Assembly (NCBI GenBank): GCA_965217995.1
Contig: CBDCKB010000004.1
Coordinates: forward strand, 323,788-387,787
Source: Rhodobacterales bacterium
GTDB lineage: Bacteria; Pseudomonadota; Alphaproteobacteria; Rhodobacterales; CAZPXZ01
Length of the DNA: 64,000 nucleotides
Direction of reading: 5' to 3'
Position 1 is the stretch's first letter. Each line of letters opens with the position of its first letter. Made by a program: the position numbers and the translations under genes. Positions 35,889-44,911 of this stretch are shown piece by piece. Under the pieces are notes generated by a model, which saw nothing but the letters and a program-made list of their open reading frames with translations, made no database searches and was not told the DNA's origin.

Positions 35889-37808
35889 TTACGTGCCGTG
35901 TAATAGAGAAGAAAAAAATCCTATTTCCGGTTGGTCCGGCAATCCCACTAATACAGATCTATCCAAGAACTGATTATACTGCTCGCAAGCTGTCTCAGGG
36001 GCGAAAACACAGGCATGGCATGCCGCAAGGGACAGTCTGTCGGAATCGTCAACTCCATAATTTTCCAAGATGCACAAGGGATCCGATGAGCACCATTGCA
36101 TCATCTGTATAGCCGATTTGATTACCTGTTGAATGCGAGTAGCTTCGCCCTGCCTTTGCAACCCCCCGAGTGTTCCGTCCGAGTCAGAGGTTGCAGTATA
36201 GATCAGAAGCCCCGCCATGTCAAGGTTCCCATTGCACACATATAGACGCTCACGTAAGGAGGCCGTCGAGTATCCACATTCCAGTGCAAGTCGGCGCATG
36301 AGTGCGTGTGCAAATGTGTGGACTAGCAAATAGCGGGCGGTTATCTTCTGCGCGGGCTTGCCTTCTTTATAGCGTCGCGCCCACTCTCTTTGCCACGCTT
36401 GGTCAACACCATCTGCGCGTTTCTTAATGTCACTGTTCGTTTCCCAAACGTGCAGCTGGTCATGATTAAATTCCAAGAAAATTCCTTCGCCACGAACTTC
36501 AATCGCCGGAAGCCAATTACGCCGAGAGGACGAAAGCGGAGCCATATACAAACTCTCTTCATCACCCGGGGGATTTATTCTAGTAAAACCCACCAATGCA
36601 CGCACTTCACGCAACCGCACAACACGCACCACGCGGCTTAAGAAAGGTTGCAGGCTACTAGGCAAGTTTTTTTCTACTCGTATTTCAAATTCGCCATGCG
36701 ATGTTTTTCCTTCCGTATCAGTGGTATTCTCTACTAGCTTGCGGTACTCTTCTTCGCGGATACTCAAACTAACTCTATCATTTTCCCTCTTAATTTGGTT
36801 TTCGATACGTTCTACAAGCTGTTCCGTAGTAGAAATACCATACTTTAAATATATCAATTCAATTTTTTTCTTTTGGTCGCCTTCTGCAAGCATAGAAATG
36901 ATTATTGCTCGATTTTCCGGTTTAACACTGACGATTGATGACCAAGAATCTCCGAGATCTTCCTTGAGCGTATCTGACCAAGGTGGAATGCTTAGAGCCG
37001 ACCGGATCACCGGAAAATATAAATTCGAAGCGGCGCGTTGCAACACACGCGGCTCTGAGTTACAGCTTTCATTCTTTGAAATTAACCATGGCCGCCGCCC
37101 TCTGCATGTGATTTTCCGTAAGATCAAAGCCTCGGCGCCAAAAATACCTTCCATGGATTGCTGTGCGCGACATTCACGACATTCTAGAATCAATCCAGCC
37201 AACCCAGCGCCTTTTGATATAAGATAAAGACTGCCTTGCTCCCCATTGTTATTGCAATCGGGCTTGTGCCTCACCCACCAATGCCACGGAAACTCATCCA
37301 AATGTCCCTTTTCGCATGCAACTACAAAGGGGCACGGGACTACAAAAACGTTACGCTTACCCGGAGCTCGATACGTGCATTGTGGGCAGAGCCGATAGGC
37401 ATGGCTGGAGGATTTATCCCATTCGGATGCAAGTGCAATGCGTTTGCATTCCGGACATTGTAACCATTCTGGAAATCGTACAGCAACGAGTGATCTGTCA
37501 TCAGACTTACCATCTTTATGGTCCCACTTGCGCTCATACACGACGGGCGGCAGGCGAAATCCTTGTACTGACAATTGCTTCTCCAAACGAGGTTCACTAA
37601 TTTTTTGTGGATTGTTTAGCCCCGCCGGAGGAAAAGCTGTGTCCCATTGCTCAAGCCCCGATACAACGGCAGACACGGGGCCGTCATCAACACGAAAGTC
37701 TACCACCGACCCTGGACCTCCCGTCATGATCACAGTGCTTCTGCGTAGTTTGCCCAAATTGTTATCTACCATTATCGTTCCTGCAGTAACCTTTCTTAAA
37801 GAATTCAC
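35889..37808 (-). CDS. DUF1998-domain protein, DrmB-like
   Basis: The GTG start overlaps the upstream stop (GTGA). The C-terminal Cys signature is WCSSDPLC...LAACHACVFAPETACEQYNQFLDRSVL. The N-terminus contains LRRSTVIMTGGPGSVVDF...LEQW. Confidence 0.7.
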   Translation of the reverse strand: MNSLRKVTAGTIMVDNNLGKLRRSTVIMTGGPGSVVDFRVDDGPVSAVVSGLEQWDTAFPPAGLNNPQKISEPRLEKQLSVQGFRLPPVVYERKWDHKDGKSDDRSLVAVRFPEWLQCPECKRIALASEWDKSSSHAYRLCPQCTYRAPGKRNVFVVPCPFVVACEKGHLDEFPWHWWVRHKPDCNNNGEQGSLYLISKGAGLAGLILECRECRAQQSMEGIFGAEALILRKITCRGRRPWLISKNESCNSEPRVLQRAASNLYFPVIRSALSIPPWSDTLKEDLGDSWSSIVSVKPENRAIIISMLAEGDQKKKIELIYLKYGISTTEQLVERIENQIKRENDRVSLSIREEEYRKLVENTTDTEGKTSHGEFEIRVEKNLPSSLQPFLSRVVRVVRLREVRALVGFTRINPPGDEESLYMAPLSSSRRNWLPAIEVRGEGIFLEFNHDQLHVWETNSDIKKRADGVDQAWQREWARRYKEGKPAQKITARYLLVHTFAHALMRRLALECGYSTASLRERLYVCNGNLDMAGLLIYTATSDSDGTLGGLQRQGEATRIQQVIKSAIQMMQWCSSDPLCILENYGVDDSDRLSLAACHACVFAPETACEQYNQFLDRSVLVGLPDQPEIGFFSSLLHGT

Positions 37809-40800
37809 TTGTTAAGTTTAAAACGCGTTGAAGCCTCAACGTCGCGCATGCTGTTCAATGTTGGCCAAGCCTCCCCTATGCTACGTCCCATCGCGCTAAG
37901 CGTAGCGGCCCTTTCTGCATCTTGGAGCAGTGAATCTGTTTTTGCCATCTTCCAATAACTTTGAGGATTACGAGTCTTCCAGTTGTCTAGGAGATCATTC
38001 AATTTTTCTCGTACAGACTCTCCTTCCTGTGAATCAATTTCTTTAGATCTTTCAACAATGTAGTTGATGATATTCTCGGTATCTTTAATAGCTTTATTGT
38101 TTAGTACCGGACGATCAAGCATTCCGGGCACTAAATGCCGCACTAGTGCTACTAACACGGCGTGTAGCGCTTTGTCTAGTGCCCTCGGCGCAAACGGAGT
38201 AACGCTAGCCGGCTCAACATCTCGATACAGCGTCTCATGCCACGCCGGGAAGGTTTCATAGTGTGAGCGGTCGCGTGCTTTCGCATTGTTAAATACGGTA
38301 ACCACCAAACCCGGGTCCTCGCCACGTCCGACACGACTTGTTGCTTGGATATATTCAGCAATTCCCTTTGGCTGACCAAACACCAGCATTAAACCAAGGC
38401 GAGGAATATCTACCCCAACACTCAGCATGTTGGTCGCGAGAACAACATCAAGTGCGTTTTGCTTATCATCCACAGGAATTGAGAGCTTGTCCAGCATCTC
38501 CCTAACTTCGGCTTGTGTACGTCGAGATGTCAACTCTGCTATCCATTTAGGCTTCCGGCGTGCACATTCCTCGCCTCGCCGTTTTGCAAGCATTTCAATG
38601 CTACGGTTTACATCATCATGCATTAAAACAAGAGCACCACCTAACTCCCGTAATGAGTTGAAATAAGAAACTAGCGTCCAATAGGAATCTCGTATCTTAT
38701 CATCAGTGGTAGCACCAGAGGCAGACTGGAGCAGTGACGCAGCCACTGCCTGGTATGTAAATTTTGCCGACCGGCCCGCTGTTGTTACACCCGTATAGCT
38801 TCTACCAGGATCCTTTCGGTCTACAACTGCAAAAGCAGAATCTTTAGCATCAATACCTGATGGAGGAAACTGTTCTGTCGTGCGGTTAAACAGAGATTTT
38901 ACCTGTTCGGGTGCCCGCTTGATTGTTGCTGTGGACCCAATAATTTTGGGAACCGCACCTCCACATGAAAACATGCGATCGATCGCAACTTCGTAAAGAC
39001 CAGCAACAGTTCCTAATGGCCCGGCAATAAGGTGAAGTTCATCTTGAAGAATAAGATCTGGTGGTTTTCGGTTACTTAGGTTAAACAGGTTGCTAATTTC
39101 TTTGCGCTTAACAATTTGTGCAAATTTATCAATTGTTCCAATCAGCAAGGTAGGCCTCTCCCGATATACGTCCTCGTCGACAGTCCAAACCGGAAGAGGA
39201 TTTTCGTGACAAAATAGAAGGCATTCTTTATTATGACACCGCACATGAATGGCAGAAGGTGGGTTCTCGTAAGGATTGCAAGTCAACTCCTCATGACATG
39301 CAGGACAATTCACAAGTTGCTTTGGTGTCGGTCGATCAGGGGCAGAAGGCTGTCTCAAGGCTGCGGCCGCATCGCACACTTTGTTTGGCACTGCATCACT
39401 TCCAACCCAGAGACCTATAGAGAAGGGAGTACTACCTAATTCATCCCTAGAACTCGACACACCTGCTTCGCATATGCGCCCTCGGCGAATTGCCTCACAG
39501 GCGAGTATAACTGATGCAGCGCGTGAGAACTGTTGCGTGGTCAGCAACCGAAGTGTGTACCTCATTATCGCAGCAACGCCACCGCCTTCGTCAGGATCAT
39601 CTCCGGCAGATAGCCTTCGATAGAAAGCAAGAAAGGCAATCAGTGCAAGATATGCCTCCGTCTTGCCACCGCCCGTAGGAAACCAAAGCAGATCCATAAT
39701 CTCTCTATCGGGATGTTCTCGATCAACTACAGAAGCCGCCGCAAGAAGAATAAAGCCAAGCTGGAACGGTCTCCACTCAAGCGGCTCACGCACTCCCTTT
39801 TTTAGATGATCCCACCCATACTGCTTTTCCATGGCAAGATTGGCCAAACTAAAAGCTCGCAACATCGTATCATCATTAGCAATCCACTCCGCGCCACTGG
39901 TCATTCGTGAATGAACCCGCTCGCAGGTTTCTATGTTTTCTGCGGCCTGATTTTGAAAAAATTCGGGAAGGGACGCCATTTCAGTTTTCTTAGCTCCGAT
40001 CCACTTCTTGTACGCCATCGGCAATTTTTGAAGGGCCTCTCCTAGTGCTGTCGGCTTTGCAGTCGCTAGCCATTGAGCTGAAAGTGGCTTATGCTTTGTA
40101 GAGTCACGCAATGCGTGAAAAACCTCATGCCCATGCCCGCTTGTCCTTGGAACCGCTGTGTTGGGAATCCAGCTCGTACCCACCATGCTGGCTATTCCTT
40201 GCTCTGAATTTGTTGCCTCCCACATGGCCGAGCAAGTATGCCCGGTTGCAAATTCATGAGCGTTTCGATACAATATATCTGCAATGGGACCGCTTTTATC
40301 CGACACAACATGCCGCACAGGTCGTGCAATTAGCTCCGTTCCTCCACCTCCGCTTGGCCAAATTTCTGTACAAACTTGAAACAACATCAACTTTTCTATA
40401 TCATCACGCTTCCTACTGTCATTAAGTCCCAAGCTTGCATTCACCAGAGTAACCGTTCCAAACGTTCGCTTTATATCATCCAAACATGATACAGCACGGA
40501 TATGCAGATTGACACCTGGAGGGCTCCCATGTTCTTCAAGATGAATATACCCTGAAGATTTCTTAAGTAGCACATCTTTTACGCTAATACTGTATGCGCG
40601 GCGTGTCCATTTCTTTTTTGCTTGTACATAACCATTGTTGCCCTCAGCGTGCTCAACTCTAGATACATCCGATTGGATATAGGTTGCGAAGCGAACCTTT
40701 ACATCTATTTTGGCATCCCCCGTTGTCGATTTTGTAGCGAAAGAAACTCCCGCAGAGCATGGCCGATTCAAGTGTAAGAGAGAAACACCTTCTTCGTTGC

Positions 40801-40996
40801 CGCTGCTTGCTGCGCTATCACTCTCTCCTGAAAGGCCTATCTGATCATCTTCTTCAGCCCCCACGCTGATTCTGCCCGGCCACAACATGCCCGTCAGATA
40901 CACATCCGATGGACGCCAGAACAAAATTTCGTTTTCTTCATATGGCCCCACCAAATCTTCTTTCAGACGGCTCAATACAATATCGCCAAAGGTCAT
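37805..40996 (-). CDS. Large SF2 (DEAD/DEAH-like) helicase, DrmA-like
   Basis: It carries motif I (FPTGGGKTEAYL), motif II (DELHLIAGPLG) and motifs V/VI (VLATNMLSVGVDIPRL, QATSRVGRG). The ATG overlaps the upstream stop (ATGA at 40993-40996). Confidence 0.7.
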   Translation of the reverse strand: MTFGDIVLSRLKEDLVGPYEENEILFWRPSDVYLTGMLWPGRISVGAEEDDQIGLSGESDSAASSGNEEGVSLLHLNRPCSAGVSFATKSTTGDAKIDVKVRFATYIQSDVSRVEHAEGNNGYVQAKKKWTRRAYSISVKDVLLKKSSGYIHLEEHGSPPGVNLHIRAVSCLDDIKRTFGTVTLVNASLGLNDSRKRDDIEKLMLFQVCTEIWPSGGGGTELIARPVRHVVSDKSGPIADILYRNAHEFATGHTCSAMWEATNSEQGIASMVGTSWIPNTAVPRTSGHGHEVFHALRDSTKHKPLSAQWLATAKPTALGEALQKLPMAYKKWIGAKKTEMASLPEFFQNQAAENIETCERVHSRMTSGAEWIANDDTMLRAFSLANLAMEKQYGWDHLKKGVREPLEWRPFQLGFILLAAASVVDREHPDREIMDLLWFPTGGGKTEAYLALIAFLAFYRRLSAGDDPDEGGGVAAIMRYTLRLLTTQQFSRAASVILACEAIRRGRICEAGVSSSRDELGSTPFSIGLWVGSDAVPNKVCDAAAALRQPSAPDRPTPKQLVNCPACHEELTCNPYENPPSAIHVRCHNKECLLFCHENPLPVWTVDEDVYRERPTLLIGTIDKFAQIVKRKEISNLFNLSNRKPPDLILQDELHLIAGPLGTVAGLYEVAIDRMFSCGGAVPKIIGSTATIKRAPEQVKSLFNRTTEQFPPSGIDAKDSAFAVVDRKDPGRSYTGVTTAGRSAKFTYQAVAASLLQSASGATTDDKIRDSYWTLVSYFNSLRELGGALVLMHDDVNRSIEMLAKRRGEECARRKPKWIAELTSRRTQAEVREMLDKLSIPVDDKQNALDVVLATNMLSVGVDIPRLGLMLVFGQPKGIAEYIQATSRVGRGEDPGLVVTVFNNAKARDRSHYETFPAWHETLYRDVEPASVTPFAPRALDKALHAVLVALVRHLVPGMLDRPVLNNKAIKDTENIINYIVERSKEIDSQEGESVREKLNDLLDNWKTRNPQSYWKMAKTDSLLQDAERAATLSAMGRSIGEAWPTLNSMRDVEASTRFKLNK

Positions 40997-43017
40997 AACT
41001 TCTGTCCTTTATATTGGTACTGAAAACACACCGCGCTGTACCCTAGCACTAGCGGTGCCAGCATGATACCGCTACTTCTCCATGGCTCGTGTAGATTTTG
41101 CCTTCTTTCTTCCGCCATATCCGATGGCACGACGATGGTGCGTACGCCCAACACATGCAAGTGGCAAATTTTGTTGGGCAAAGTTAATTTGTATCCAGAA
41201 AATTTCTTTTTATTGCTAATAATATCTTTTATACAGAACAAATCACTATTCACCTTCTTTGACAACACGGCAAGAAATTTACCTTGCCCTTCTTCTTTTA
41301 GTAAGTACGAAAAATTCATTTTACTATTAAGCTCGACAACCAAGGATACAACCTTTCCCGCGAAGCTGCTAATTCGCTCCTGGCTGACGTGTACATCACT
41401 CGAGTGCTCAAAAAAACCCTTTCCTGCCAAGCCGCCAACATTAATGTCACCGTCATGTCCGATTTCGACCTGTGCGCACAGATAGTTTCCCTTTCTCAAA
41501 TTGTTGTCCTTTACATGGTGATAAGCTCGACCGGATTTTTTAACTTTCTTAAACAATGGGCTATTTCCCTCACCGATCAGTAGCTGCGACCGCCCACGTG
41601 TCGCACCAACGAATATAACCCGCGCCTCTTCATCCTGGTTGCTATCGTTGGGTCGCATTTTAGGTAGCACAAGATGTACAATATCTGCCTCACGCCCCTT
41701 AGATGCATGGATCGTGCCTATGATGAACCCACACTGCCCCATCTCAGCATGGCACAATTCCGGTGGCGGGTTCTTTCTGCCTAGGTGCTTTCGTAATTTA
41801 TGCATATCCACGATTGTTGCCTCACAACCTGCAATACTAACTAGCTGCTCCCATGCGTGGTCACGTTCGCATGATAGAAAGGGCGAACCTTGTATTCTAT
41901 CTTCCCATAATTCTCCAAATCTCTTCTCACTTAGAATGGATCCCGTGTGCTCCGCAAGTGCTGCGCCGATCCAAGGTGCAAGGCACACGGGCAGTCCCGA
42001 CATTCGCACTCGATGCTGAATGCCTTCTCCCATCAGAAGCGAACTTCGAAGTAGCACATCGCCTCGCATGCGATACAAGATCAAGGCATCATTCTGATCG
42101 GGTGGTGTAAGAATTTCTTGTCCATTGTGACGCACCGCAATTTTGCCATGGGCGTGTCTTTTAATGTCTTCTCGAATTTCATCTAATTCTTTACTATCCG
42201 ATTCCTTCGTAACGGTCAGCACTTTGCGACGAGTGCTTGAAAAAATTTCCTGCAATTGTGGAGAGTCAGTACGATGCACACAGGTTAAGTTACATTCGTT
42301 GAATTCACCTGCTTCCCTTCCACGAATTTTGTCAGAAAATGACAGCTTCCAAAATCTGTCTTCACCACGAATATACGGCACATCAATAAATCCATGAATG
42401 GCTTGGGCTTCATCTGAGAATATGGTCACGCCGCATTTCGAGGATAGTCTTAAAATAAACTCAACAACAAAATCCGCGCGCATTCCAACAAAATCCTGAG
42501 CTTCATCAACTATCAGATGTTCGATGTCTTTAAGATAATTGGAAACTCTTTGATTCTGGTCATCGCGAATTAGATCAAGTGCACTTTTAATATTTTCTTC
42601 ATAGGACCTTTGTGCTTTTTCTTCATAGGACCTTTGTGCTTTTTCTTCCCCATCGAATCTTGAGCAAATGTCCCAAGCATGCGAATCTAGTGTGCCGATT
42701 TTTACCGCATAGGCAGCATATGTATCTTCAAGGTGGGTTCTAATTCGATTACGAATTTCTCGCACGGCAGCGCGCGTGAAACTTATCATCAAAATTCGAT
42801 TAGGCTTAACCAATTTTTTGCCAATCAATTGAGACACACGACCACAAGCGACCGCTGTCTTGCCCGTCCCCGGCCCCGCATCAACTAACAAGCGTCCCTC
42901 GTGACAAGAATCAATAACACTTCTTTGCGATTGATCCCACTCAATGCGATTAGGAGATATGATTTCAGGCCCGTTCATGGATTGGTTCTCATACTTTCTA
43001 CTGCTTGCCCTCATCAT
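40993..43017 (-). CDS. UvrD/Rep-like SF1 helicase with an unassigned approximately 200-aa C-terminal domain
   Basis: It has Walker A (DAGPGTGKTAV), LIVDEAQDF, GTIHASKGREADIVHL and VIFVGATRGRSQL. The start is uncertain: ATG 43017, GTG 43044 or ATG 42978. Confidence 0.7.
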   Translation of the reverse strand: MMRASSRKYENQSMNGPEIISPNRIEWDQSQRSVIDSCHEGRLLVDAGPGTGKTAVACGRVSQLIGKKLVKPNRILMISFTRAAVREIRNRIRTHLEDTYAAYAVKIGTLDSHAWDICSRFDGEEKAQRSYEEKAQRSYEENIKSALDLIRDDQNQRVSNYLKDIEHLIVDEAQDFVGMRADFVVEFILRLSSKCGVTIFSDEAQAIHGFIDVPYIRGEDRFWKLSFSDKIRGREAGEFNECNLTCVHRTDSPQLQEIFSSTRRKVLTVTKESDSKELDEIREDIKRHAHGKIAVRHNGQEILTPPDQNDALILYRMRGDVLLRSSLLMGEGIQHRVRMSGLPVCLAPWIGAALAEHTGSILSEKRFGELWEDRIQGSPFLSCERDHAWEQLVSIAGCEATIVDMHKLRKHLGRKNPPPELCHAEMGQCGFIIGTIHASKGREADIVHLVLPKMRPNDSNQDEEARVIFVGATRGRSQLLIGEGNSPLFKKVKKSGRAYHHVKDNNLRKGNYLCAQVEIGHDGDINVGGLAGKGFFEHSSDVHVSQERISSFAGKVVSLVVELNSKMNFSYLLKEEGQGKFLAVLSKKVNSDLFCIKDIISNKKKFSGYKLTLPNKICHLHVLGVRTIVVPSDMAEERRQNLHEPWRSSGIMLAPLVLGYSAVCFQYQYKGQKL
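42597..42644 (-). repeat. Perfect 24-bp tandem duplication inside the UvrD-like gene
   Basis: cttcataggacctttgtgcttttt occurs twice, encoding EEKAQRSY EEKAQRSY. Confidence 0.9.
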
Positions 43018-43206
43018 CGTTTTTCTGCTTCTCACAGCAGACACTGCATTGTCAATACACGCTTTACCAACACGGGTCAGCAGATTCGTGCGTGAAACAA
43101 TTCCGTTCCTCTTTCCGTCCCCCTTGGCATGCCATACATGATGACCCCTGCGATTTTTTATAGCTACCCAAAATGACTCTCGTGTATCTTTTTCAACTAG
43201 CTAATT

Positions 43207-43794
43207 TTAATTTCCTTGCCTAGAGTGCTCATCAGCTGATTCAAATTTTTGCTTCAACCATGCTAGAGCTACCTGTTGGTCTGCACGCGTTGCGCGGCGC
43301 AACTGTGCCAGCAACCATGTCCATGAAGGAGGCTCGATTGCCAGATTTTTTGCACCCTGATTGCAAGTGCTGCACAATGCCCGCAAATTCGACTGCTCAT
43401 CCTTCCCGCCATGGCTTCGGTCCACGATATGCCCAATATGTAAACGCACTTTACGACCCTCATCATCTTTGTCGCCGGCACCCATGCCACACATCTGACA
43501 TGTACACCCGTTCCTTGTCAAAACTAGAGCCCGGAGGCGGTGAGATATAGGGGAAGCGAACTTATAAGCCTTTCCGGTCGGTGGTGATTTTTCGAGAATA
43601 TATTGACCTGGTGCAAGATCCGCACGATCATTATGAGAGCTGATATCCCAGCCCTCTGCACGAAGGTCGCGCAAGCGCCGTGCCCACTCCACCGCACCAT
43701 TTGCAGCTTTTTGCAGTTCACTACTGTTGACCACAATGCCCACCTTACCCTCCAAATACGCCGCAAGGGCGGCTTTTGAACCTACGCGAGGCAT
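43207..43794 (-). CDS. HNH endonuclease (candidate restriction component)
   Basis: CTCQMCG...HIGHIVDRSHGGKDEQSNLRALCSTCNQ is a CxxC...HH...N...CxxC HNH zinc-finger. The ATG at 43794 overlaps the methyltransferase stop by 13 nt. Confidence 0.7.
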   Translation of the reverse strand: MPRVGSKAALAAYLEGKVGIVVNSSELQKAANGAVEWARRLRDLRAEGWDISSHNDRADLAPGQYILEKSPPTGKAYKFASPISHRLRALVLTRNGCTCQMCGMGAGDKDDEGRKVRLHIGHIVDRSHGGKDEQSNLRALCSTCNQGAKNLAIEPPSWTWLLAQLRRATRADQQVALAWLKQKFESADEHSRQGN

Positions 43795-44705
43795 TTGGCA
43801 ATGGCACGCGCCATGGCGTGCCCGAGATCAACAGGTAGGGCGTTTCCAACTTGCCTGTATCGTTGCGTTTTGCTTCCTGCCAATGTCCAATTCGTCGGCA
43901 GGCTCTGAAGGCGGGCTGCCATTTCGACGGTAAGCCTTGGTACACCAGAGAATTTTTTTGGAGGAGATGAATCCGCTATGCCAAGACCATCAACGCCAAG
44001 TGCTGCCCAAGCCGCACGCGCACGTGTAGGGCCAAGATCGGGGCCGCCATGCTTGCGCGAGCCACCTACAAGCGTCGGTGCCGGACGGTTTGCCTGTGCG
44101 GCCCAGTCCTTTGCTCGTTCCCATCCATTTTCCGCCATCAGTGATACCAAAGCCTCGCCAACCGTAGCGCCCTTCTTCCCGTTCGGCTTCGGCCACTCAA
44201 ATGCCAACGAGCTATCAATGGCGACCAGAAATGAACGAGTGCGGTGTTGTGCTGCACCATAATCGTGAGCGTCCAGCATCCTCCAATCGACCCAATATCC
44301 CATATCCTCCAATTGGTGCCGAATGTCCTCCCGATATGTAGCAAACCGCTTCGTCATCAGGCCGCGCACATTTTCGATCAGCACCGCGCGGGGTTCGGTT
44401 TCCATAACGATCTGCAACAGAACCGGAAATAGATCGCGCTCATCGGCGGCTCCATGTTGCTTGCCTGCAACAGAGAACGGCGGGCACGGTAGTCCCGCCG
44501 CCACAACATCTACAGCTCCACGCCAATACGTAGCGTCGAACCGATTTAGATCTGCTTCGATAACATTCCAATAAGGACGGTTTATGCGCAATGTAGCGCA
44601 GGCGTGGGGATCGCTATCAATCAATGCCGCATGATCAAAGCCCGCCTGCTCAAAGCCAAGGGCCTGGCCACCAGCACCAGCGCAGAGTTCAAGGGTAGTC
44701 GGCAT
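43782..44705 (-). CDS. DNA (cytosine-5)-methyltransferase
   Basis: It has motif I (ELCAGAGGQALG), motif IV (GLPCPPFSVAG), motif VI (ENVRGL), motif VIII (QHRTR) and motif X (GNALPV). ATG at 44705. Confidence 0.85.
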   Translation of the reverse strand: MPTTLELCAGAGGQALGFEQAGFDHAALIDSDPHACATLRINRPYWNVIEADLNRFDATYWRGAVDVVAAGLPCPPFSVAGKQHGAADERDLFPVLLQIVMETEPRAVLIENVRGLMTKRFATYREDIRHQLEDMGYWVDWRMLDAHDYGAAQHRTRSFLVAIDSSLAFEWPKPNGKKGATVGEALVSLMAENGWERAKDWAAQANRPAPTLVGGSRKHGGPDLGPTRARAAWAALGVDGLGIADSSPPKKFSGVPRLTVEMAARLQSLPTNWTLAGSKTQRYRQVGNALPVDLGHAMARAIAKCLA

Positions 44706-44880
44706 TAGACAATTAGATCTCGAGAGCACAACCGGTTGCCAATCATGCCCTCAAGCATGCCTGCCATTTCGCCGATGGTATCACGCAATCGATCATTGTG
44801 ACAATAGACGAATTCGCCCGCATAGCGATCAAGGCACTTCTCGGGACAGTGACGAGAAGTATCCTGCGTCATCCGATCGC
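44705..44880 (-). pseudogene. IS1595-family (ISXO2-like) transposase C-terminal remnant
   Basis: HCPEKCLDRYAGEFVYCHNDRLRDTIGEMAGMLEGMIGNRLCSRDLIV resembles the conserved IS1595 C-terminus (H.s.khL.rY..EF.fR.N.R..dt...m......g.rL.Y.dLi). The N-terminal DDE part is absent. Confidence 0.45.
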
Positions 44881-44911
44881 CTTGCGGCACAAACACAGCC
44901 CACAGCATCCC

